This document shows positions 53,311-62,000 of a stretch of DNA of 64,000 nucleotides, in pieces (the first letter of the stretch is position 1; each line of letters opens with the position of its first letter). The notes under the pieces are model-generated. The model was not told the DNA's origin, did not search any database, and was given only the letters and a program-made list of their open reading frames with translations. A program made the position numbers and the translations under genes. Where the stretch lies: positions 1 through 64,000 of IMG/VR virus record IMGVR_UViG_3300016644_000052; one strand, 5' to 3'. The stretch is from a virus.

Positions 53311-53344
53311 GGGACTGGTAGCCGGTTTTTCTGGCTCCAGTCCC
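53311..53344 (+). terminator. hairpin after the primase gene
   Basis: GGGACTGG..GGTTTTTCT..CCAGTCCC with an extended imperfect stem. Confidence 0.4.
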
Positions 53345-53352
53345 TCTAGCCA

Positions 53353-54105
53353 ATGGGAAAACCCATGTCTGATATCGAACAAGTAAACGACCAGCTGGTT
53401 CTGATCGGCGGCGAGTCCGCTGCCGGTAAGTCAGCCAGCTTGAGGAACATCCGTAACCAGGAACGGTGGATGTACCTCAACACCGAGGCAGGCAAGCGCC
53501 TGCCATTCAAGAATGCTTTCCAGACTTTCCGGATCACCGATCCCTGGCAAGTCCATGAAGCATTCGACCATGCCATTGCCAACCGTGACCAGTTCGACGG
53601 TATTGTCATTGATACCCTGACCTTCCTCATGGACATGATGGAAACCCAGTATGTCCTGGGAGCAGCCAATACCCAGAAGGCCTGGGGCGATTTCGCCCAG
53701 TTCTTCAAGGTCCTGATGCAAGAGAAGGTCGCTGCCTTTGGCAAGCCGGTCCTGATCTTGGCTCACGTTCGCTCGGATCTCGACGAGAAGGCCATGGAAA
53801 TGCGGACCCAGGTCCCCATCAAGGGCAGTCTCAAGAACAACGGCATCGAGGCTTACTTCTCAACGGTAGTCACCGCCAAGAAGGTCTCAATCAAGGACCT
53901 GGCCGACTACGGTTCGGAGATGCTGCACATCACCGAGGAAGACGAAGAGCTTGGCTACAAGCATGTCTTCCAGACCCGTCTGACCAAGACCACCGTTGGC
54001 GAGCGTATCCGCTCACCGATGGGCATGTTCTCGAAGAAGGAAACCTTCGTCGACAACGACGCCCAGATCCTCCTGGATCACCTCAAGGAATATTACGGAA
54101 GCTGA
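53353..54105 (+). CDS. RecA-like AAA ATPase (Sak4/AAA_24-like)
   Basis: Walker A GGESAAGKS and Walker B GIVIDTLT. Confidence 0.7.
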   Translation: MGKPMSDIEQVNDQLVLIGGESAAGKSASLRNIRNQERWMYLNTEAGKRLPFKNAFQTFRITDPWQVHEAFDHAIANRDQFDGIVIDTLTFLMDMMETQYVLGAANTQKAWGDFAQFFKVLMQEKVAAFGKPVLILAHVRSDLDEKAMEMRTQVPIKGSLKNNGIEAYFSTVVTAKKVSIKDLADYGSEMLHITEEDEELGYKHVFQTRLTKTTVGERIRSPMGMFSKKETFVDNDAQILLDHLKEYYGS

Positions 54106-54163
54106 GAACACTTCAGCTTTTTCTGGGGCTTACAGACCCAGAGCCAAGAAAGAGAGCACCCAC

Positions 54164-54904
54164 ATGAATGCAATGTTTGGAACCCTGACCACTGAAGGTC
54201 TCGAAGAATCTACTGACCGCGTAGGCGGATATGGTCCCCGTGACTCCGGTATCTACACTGGCACGATCAAGGCAATGTATGCTGGCGAAAGCCCGGGCGG
54301 AGCCAAGAGCGTCACGGTACTGGTCGACCTGGAAGATGGCCGCGAATACCGCGAGACCATCTACATCACGGACCGCACCGGCAAGAACTGGTTCGCCAAC
54401 AAGCAAGACCCTTCAAAGAAGGTCCCGCTGCCGGGCTTTACCACGATCGACGACATCTGCCTCGTCACCACCGGTGAGCCGCTGGCCAGCCAGAGCGTCG
54501 AAGACAAGATCCTCAACATCTATGATGTCGAGCAGAAGAAGGAAATGCCCAAGTCGGTTCCGGTCCTGACCGGTACGATCGGCAAGCAGGTCACTCTCGG
54601 CATTGTTCGCCAGATGGAGAACAAGAGCGAGAAGGACGGTTCGGGCAACTATGTCCCGGTTGCTGACACCCGCGAGATCAACTTCATCGACAAGGTGTTC
54701 CACACCCAGACGAAGATGACCGTGGTCGAAGCCCGTAACGGCGCCGAAACGGCTGTCTTCCATGACACCTGGGCCGAGCGCAACAAGGGCCAGACCCGCG
54801 ACAAGCGCACCATCAAGGACGGTGAAGCCGGCAAGTCCGGTCGTCCCGGTGCTACCCCGTCGGCCAGCTCCGCAGCACCTCGCAAGAGCCTGTTCGGAGC
54901 CTAA
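54164..54904 (+). CDS. putative single-stranded DNA-binding protein (N4 gp45-like by position)
   Basis: ATG at 54164 in track ORF 53996-54904. Position between the ATPase and resolvase genes. Flexible Ala/Pro/Ser C-terminal tail. Confidence 0.45.
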   Translation: MNAMFGTLTTEGLEESTDRVGGYGPRDSGIYTGTIKAMYAGESPGGAKSVTVLVDLEDGREYRETIYITDRTGKNWFANKQDPSKKVPLPGFTTIDDICLVTTGEPLASQSVEDKILNIYDVEQKKEMPKSVPVLTGTIGKQVTLGIVRQMENKSEKDGSGNYVPVADTREINFIDKVFHTQTKMTVVEARNGAETAVFHDTWAERNKGQTRDKRTIKDGEAGKSGRPGATPSASSAAPRKSLFGA

Positions 54905-54907
54905 CCG

Positions 54908-55462
54908 ATGCGGATCCCTGTAGTAGGCTTTGACCCCAGTCTCAGGAACTGGGGCATCGCCTTTAGCCAACTCGACTTGGAAACAGGGTATCTGGATACC
55001 CCATCTCTGTCTTTGGTTCAGCCCAAGGACGAGATGGGGAAACAGGTCCGCAAGAATTCCAAGGACCTGTGCATTGCCGAGCAGCTGGCCACGGCTGCCT
55101 TGCAACATGCCCGCCTGGCCAAGGCCGTATTTGTCGAGACTCCGGTTGGCTCCCAGTCAGCCAGAGCCATGGCATCTTACGGTGTTTGTGTCGGCGTACT
55201 CGGAGCCATCCGGGCAGAGGGCATTCCCTTGATCGAAGTCAGCCCGACTGAGGTCAAAGTTGCGTTCACTGGCAACAAGAACGCGACCAAGGAGATGATG
55301 ATCGCCGAGGCGGTCAAGCTCTATCCTGACGCCAAGTTTCCGGTTCATGCCGGAAAGATCAGCCAGAAAGCTGAACACCTGGCCGACGCCATTGCCGCCA
55401 TTCACGCCGGAGTAGCCACTCCGATGTTCCAAAACCTCATGCGCCTCTACTCGAAGGTATAA
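54908..55462 (+). CDS. RuvC-like Holliday junction resolvase
   Basis: N-terminal VVGFDPSLRNWG, then FVETPVG, and C-terminal EHLADAIAAIHAG. Confidence 0.7.
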   Translation: MRIPVVGFDPSLRNWGIAFSQLDLETGYLDTPSLSLVQPKDEMGKQVRKNSKDLCIAEQLATAALQHARLAKAVFVETPVGSQSARAMASYGVCVGVLGAIRAEGIPLIEVSPTEVKVAFTGNKNATKEMMIAEAVKLYPDAKFPVHAGKISQKAEHLADAIAAIHAGVATPMFQNLMRLYSKV

Positions 55463-55467
55463 CACCC

Positions 55468-55842
55468 ATGCAGATCATCATTGCCCAGGACGAAATCGAA
55501 CTTGCCATCCGCCGCTACATTGCTGAACAGATCAATGTCCGTGACGGCATGGAAATCGACATCGACCTCAAGGCCACTCGCGGCGAAGCCGGGATGCAGG
55601 CCTTTATCGACATTCGCGCCTCCAACACCGCCAAGACTGAAGTGAAGGCCGAGACCAACCTGAACCTGGTCAAGACCATCAACACCGCCAAGGAAGAACC
55701 CAAGGCCGTTGAGGCCAAGGCTTCGAACGACAAGGCTGAGCCGGCTCCGGCTGAAGCTGAAGCAGAAGCCGCAGAGGACGCTCCGGCTGAAGGCAACCGC
55801 CAGTCGCTGTTTGGCGGCCTCAAGCGCCCCGTTAACGCCTGA
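55468..55842 (+). CDS. hypothetical protein with an Ala/Glu/Pro-rich tail
   Basis: 124-aa track ORF. Confidence 0.45.
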   Translation: MQIIIAQDEIELAIRRYIAEQINVRDGMEIDIDLKATRGEAGMQAFIDIRASNTAKTEVKAETNLNLVKTINTAKEEPKAVEAKASNDKAEPAPAEAEAEAAEDAPAEGNRQSLFGGLKRPVNA

Positions 55843-56003
55843 TGATCAGGATTCTCGGGGTCGTGGTTGGTGCGATCCTGTGTTTCTTCATCGTCAGTTC
55901 GATGATCGTCTTCACAGCACCCTACATTGCAGTCCTGGTTGTCCTCATCGTGGCTGTAAGAACTGTAGTTAAAATGCTTGAAGGCGAACGGTCTGAGCAG
56001 TAG
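55842..56003 (+). CDS. small two-TM membrane protein (53 aa)
   Basis: My own translation gives MIRILGVVVGAILCFFIVSSMIVFTAPYIAVLVVLIVAVRTVVKMLEGERSEQ. The ATG overlaps the upstream TGA. Confidence 0.4.
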   Translation: MIRILGVVVGAILCFFIVSSMIVFTAPYIAVLVVLIVAVRTVVKMLEGERSEQ

Positions 56004-56050
56004 CAAAGCCTCGTGCAATCCTGCACGAATTTGCGACCCGACTTAGACTT

Positions 56051-56085
56051 AAAGCCCCCCAGGAAACTGGGGGGCTTTCTTTTAT
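56051..56085. terminator. bidirectional rho-independent terminator between convergent blocks
   Basis: AAAGCCCCCC-AGGAAACT-GGGGGGCTTT, flanked by A-runs and T-runs. Confidence 0.8.
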
Positions 56086-59000
56086 CAGTTCACCAGATTG
56101 AGCCAAGGCAAGAGCATCGGCGCCCTAAACATCTGGCCTGGACCAATCGAGTAGGGCAGTTTGCCTTCGAGGCCCAGAGCCACAGCATTGTCGACGATTG
56201 GTGAACCCACCGAGCCAAGGAAATCTGGCACCGGGATAAAGCTGGCCAGCAGCGCATGAACCGGGTTGTTCCGCAGCATCGACATGGCGATCTTGGTCGA
56301 GCGGATCTTGAAGTGGTAGAACCACATCAACCCGTTGTTTTCCAGGGCACCACGGAACCGGCCAGGCAAGCGGTCATAGTTGACGAACTCTTCGCTGATC
56401 CGGCCCAGTGCTTCTGCCTGGCTCTTTCCGCCACGGGTAGTCAGGTCGTCATAGAGCACGGCCTTGGCAAGGAAGTCGCCGTATTGCACCGCCCGCTGGA
56501 GACCAGCAAACAGGGCAGTGTCCCGGCTGATGATCGCATAGCGACCAGCAGTGCGAACTTCCTGCGGCAGCTTGTCGACCTGCTTTTCGATGTAAGCGTT
56601 GAGCTTACCCGAAGAGAGCAAGATCTCGTCGTGCGTAATGGCAACGTCGGAGATCGAGCTGAACTCGCCTGCTTCGATCAGCGGCCAGATCGACAGACGA
56701 CGGTGTCCGTCCTGGATCGACTGGATCTCGTTCTGGAGCTTGCGCCGCTTGAGCGGATCGTCTTCTACCGCGGCAAGCTCTGCCTGGGCATCGAGCAAGC
56801 GCAGCCGGGACCGGGTATAGCTATCAACCTCGGCAGTTTTCTTTTTCATGCCGCGAACGATATCCAGCATTGGCACACCGCGAGACGAAAGTTGGATTAC
56901 GTTAGCCGCCATATTGCTGACTGGAACGATTACCGACTTGATCACGATGAACAGCTTGGCTTCGATCACCAGGTTCTGAAGCAGCTTCTCGGCATTGACC
57001 AGGTAACGGTAGGCATCATTGCCGAATGCCGCAGTAGCAACATTCTTGATCCCTTCCTGGACAGGCTTGGGCAGACGGGTATTGCCCGTCCAGCTATCAC
57101 CGATCGAAGCTGAGCGGTAACCGACCACATCCTCGACCATGTCCTTGCGGACCATGAACCGGTCCCCAAACACACCGCGAATGTAGAACTTCATCTCGTC
57201 GGTCATCAGCTTCATGCTGTCTTGCAGCACCGGATCGAGTTTTGTGGTGTCGAACAGATCGACGTATTCCCGCTTCTTGTCCGGATTTTCGTTCAGATCT
57301 CGATCGTACATCGCCTTGAGATTGTCGACCAAGGTCTCGTTGACGTTCTCAGCCAAAGACTCTTCAACCTGGCGGCCCCGCCAGGCGCCAAGCATCTTGG
57401 CAAGGTGCGTGCTCTGCTCAAGCCGGGCCAACTGGACCGGATCAACGCTGCGTTCAAAAGCAACAACCTCACCGGCTGAGCTAAAGACCGGGAGCAGGGC
57501 CGAACCCTGTTCGGTCATCGGAAAATCAAGAATGTCCTTGATCACTACCGGGTCGGTAATTCTCCCGGCAGTCATGATCCCGGTGGTATAGCCCGTGTCG
57601 AGATCGACCCCGGCAGCCGTCGGGCGAATATTCTGGGCAATGCCCTGATTGTAACCAGCCCGAGCCGAGACCGGAGCATAGTAATAGCTGCGGCGGGCAT
57701 AGTTGCCGCCACCGATCAGTTCGAGCGAGGAAGGCTGATACGGCGCCACTCGGATATAACCGCGTGACACCAGGTCAGCGTAGTTCCGATCGTCTTCAAT
57801 CACCAGCGACGAAGAACCATCGGACTCCATCGGGGCATAGCCCTTGTAGTGATTGTACTTGGCACCATTGGCATCAGCTTTCAGCACTTCCTGTTTGCGG
57901 TTGTACTCAAGCTGGGCAAGCGAAAAGCCCATGCCTTTGCTTTCGGTCTGAGCCAAGGCAACCAGGGTGTCCTTGGTGTTCTGGTCCAGCTCGTTCACGG
58001 CATAAAGCGAGATCAGCTGATTGAGCGCCGAGATCATTTCTTTGCTGGCAGCAGGACGATTGCGGACCTTCTCACCAAGCAGATCAGCCACAGCCACAGC
58101 ATTACGCAGCTGGTTCTGGGCAGCTTCACGGGTCACCATGAAGTGGGCCAGTTCCTTGGACTTCTTCTGGAGCAGGTTCCAGTGCTTGGGATCCATCTGC
58201 CGGATATCGTTCTCCAGCGAGCGAATCTTGTCAGCCCGCAGCGAACTGTCTGCCAGCAGCTCGATTACCTGCGTTTGGCTCATCCGGCCAAAGGTCTTGA
58301 GCGCTGCCAGATCAGTCATGGCCATGCCCTTGAACATTGCCGTCCACTCGTGATCCTTGATCTTGCGGGTGAACTGATTGGCAATCGTGTCGGGCAAATG
58401 TTCGCGGAATTGCTGACGGACAGCCTGGACCGTCGAGCGAACCAGCTTAATCATGTCATAGACTTCCTGATTGCTCAGGGTTCGTCCGACAAAGTCACTG
58501 ACCAGACGCTTGAATGCCAGCGGTAGATCAGACTTGTTGACCAGCGACATGGCTCCGGAAGCCACAGCTTCGCCGCCTTCTTCTGTAACCATCTGGGCTG
58601 CGATCTTGACCACTTGAGCAGCAGCTTTGGCAGCCTTGCTGTTGGTCGTATCGATTACGCTCTGAGCCTTGTCAGCCGCAGCACGGGACAGGGCGCCCAT
58701 GCCGTCGACTACCCACTGGTTCAGCTGATCGATCTTGCGTCCCGTCGGGGCAGCAATCTGATCAATGATCCCTTGGCGCTTCTGCGTCACGGCAACCATG
58801 GCAGCGTTGAGCGAGTCCAGCGCATCCTTGATGTTGGTAGCCTTGGCATCCTGACCAGACATCTTGAGCGAGAGGCTTTCCATTGCTTCGTTACCGAGGT
58901 TCTGGAGCACACCGTCCAGATCCTTGGCTTTACGCCGGCTGTTCTTCGGAACTTCCATCTTGGCTAGGACATCCCGGAACCGCGCATTGGTCGTAGCCAA

Positions 59001-62000
59001 AGCCAGGAATGAAGACATCAGCGTCGAACGACCTTTGGTGTCCTTGAGCGTGAGGAACTTGCCCATCACCGCGTCATAGCGTTCCTGGGCCGCAGCTTCT
59101 TCAGCCGGATCAAGCGATTCAGGGTCAGCCATGAAGTCTGACGGAGTCAGGGTCTTCTCGACATGGGCGTAGAGTTCCTGAACGCGGGACATGACATTGC
59201 CGTCGAGCTTGATGCTGGTGGCCATCACCTGCATCATCATCTCGAAGGTGGTCTGTTCCTGGGCAGTCATCGGGAAACCGTGAGCCTGGAACATCAGCGC
59301 CATGTTGCCACCAACCGTGATCGCATCTTGGACTTCGTTGTCGGCACGCGTCTTGGCGTAAACATCGCCGCTATCCAGGAAGGCTGCAATCTTGTCGTTG
59401 AGCATCTGGTTCAGAGCAACCAGACGATCGTCCTGACCATAGGCAGCATTCTGGTAGCTGACCGTGTCACCCAGCTGGGCAGACAGGCTGGGCTGACCCT
59501 GCATCAGAATTGCAGTGTTGAAGCGCAGCTGGCTGAACATGTCGTTGCCGGGCAGAGCTACCTGCTTGCGGCCAAACACCAGCTTCTTGATGAAAGCCAC
59601 GGCCTTCTGAGCCAGGAGTGCAATGCCCTTGGCCTGGTTGGCCTTGCCCTGCTTGATAAGGGCTTCGTTGCTCAGCGACCAGGCCATGAACTCGTTGAGC
59701 GCCTTGGCTCGTGCCAGGATCGGACTGATCGTGGCGTCGTTCAATGCAGCCTGAATTGCCCGGCGTGCAGCCATGTTGGCTTCGGCCAGACCTTCTTCGA
59801 TGCTGAACGTCTTGCTGATGTCCATGAACTGGCTCATCAACGCCTCAATCCGCTGCACCGCCTCGACCTGTTCGGCGTTCTTGAGATCGCCATTCAGAGC
59901 GCCGACAACCTTCTCAAAGGTGGCAGCGTGGATCAGTTCGTGGACCAGCGTTTCAAGCGACGGCTCGTAGAGGTAGATCGTCTTGTCCGAGTAACGCACC
60001 ACGCCCTTGTCGCCACTGTTGTACGGCACATGGCTCTTGCCGTGATTGCGGGCATAAGCCTGGGTCTGGGCAGGGCTGCCCACTACTACCGTGTAACCCT
60101 TGCTGGCGAGGGAGCGCAGCACATCGGACAGCACTTCCTGCTGGCTCGTCGGGAACGCCTTCAAGATCCGGTTGAGGTTCTTGACCGCCGTAAACGACAA
60201 GACACGGGCACCACTCCTGGCATCGACCCGGCCTACCTGTTGGAGAGCCTTTTCAATTGGCTCAACCGTTTTGGCCGGAGCTTCATCGCCAAACAAGTAG
60301 CGGGTGTTAGTTTCCGCTTCCTTGGTTTGGTTCAATTCTTCGGCCAATGCTTCATTGAGAATTTCAGCCTGATCTTCGGGCGAAAGGCCAGAGAGATCAA
60401 TCTCACCTTCGTTGACGTAAGGCGACGCAACCGAGGCCATTTGATCAACACTGAACTTGAACCGGGCCATTACCCGCTGCCGGGCAGCAACCTCATCAGC
60501 AGCCCGTTTGATCTGACCCGGCATGGCTTCAAGCCGCGCCTTGATTGATGCAACGCTGATTGAATTCTCATCTTCAGCCAGACCATAAAGTGCCTTGGCC
60601 AAAGCTCGGTGCTCAGCCGTGCTGAGGTTGTCGAGCGAGATATTCTGCGCAGCTACGACAAAAGCGTCATAGACCGCCTGCATCGGATTGGACTGCCAAG
60701 CCTGGTAAGCTGCCTGGTTGGCCTTGACGCTGTCTTCCTCGATCGAGGACAGCTTCATGTGCATCCCGTCAAAGACCTTGAGCGTCCCGGTTGGGGCGCC
60801 GTCCATAGTCGCCAGGTTTTGCATCATCTGTCCGTCACCGGTGCCAATCACCAGGAACGGAATACCGGACACTCCAGAGTCAGCCGGACCATAGACTTCA
60901 GCTGCCGTGCGCAGAGACTCATCAAAAGCACGGCTCAGCTCAGGGCTGCTCTTTTCCTTGAGCTTCCCGTTCTTCATGGCTTGGGCTTCGGTAGCCTTGC
61001 TCGCTTGAGCCAAGGAAACCGCATCAATCTCAGCAGAAGTTGAGCCAGCAATGAAGAAATTCTGGTGCTCGGTTTTGACCAGCGGGTACTTTGTCAGCAG
61101 GTTCTTCAGGATCTTCTGAAGCTCGCTGCGATAAAGAAAGTCTCCGACCTTCCAGTTCGGATCCTTGCGCTTGCTGTCATAGAGCTTGGCAACTTCACGC
61201 TGGAACTCGAACTGCATAGCAATCGACTGGACCTGTGTTGCCTGTCGCAGCAGATCGGCGTTCTCCAGCATATTGCCTGCCAATGTGCTTTCAATGGCTG
61301 CTCGCAGCGGAGAAACAAAGACCTTCAACAGGTTATTCTGAAGTGCTCTGAAGTCGTCCCGGTTGAACGTCAGCTCCTGGAACGTAGTCCCACGCTTCGG
61401 CGCAAACTTGCGGCGGGTTGCTGCCAGAAATGGACCTTGCTTGCCGTTAGCCAGCTGGAACTCGATCAACTGGTTAAGCGAAGTGTGGAACTTGTTCCAC
61501 AATTGTTCGGCCCGTTCCGGATCGCCGTTGGCTTCCTTGCCGAACATGGCCATGGCATTGCTCAAGCTGGGATCTTTAGCCTGGGCTTCGCTTGCCGCGG
61601 AAAAGCGAGCATAGACCTCGTCGAGCAAGGCCTTGGCAAAGTTGTTGGCAATGCCGTTCTCACCCGAGCCATAGATCGTGATGGTGAGGGGATTCTTGGC
61701 AATTCCACGCTTTAGCTCAAGCTCGCCGTTCTTGAATTCAAGATCAGGCAGGATCAGGTCCATCAGATCCAGGACCGAAGTCAGCTGCTTACCAAACGGC
61801 CCATTCCGATTACCGTTTAGCACACTGCTCAGACCTTGCTTCAAAGCATCGGTGACAGTCTGGTACAGATCCTTACCATCAGCAGCTCGCTGCTCGTGCA
61901 TGGTCTTGGCGTTGCCAAAAAGCAGACCGCCCTTTGCCATGTTGCGGATCCATTCTGCACTGAACTGACCAGAAGTCAGAATTGCCATGGCGTTGATCGG

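Noticed and set aside
59163-60548. 461-aa plus-strand ORF, and other plus-strand ORFs across 56.2-63.8 kb.
   Set aside because: All are antisense to the continuous vRNAP reading frame, which carries the polymerase motifs.
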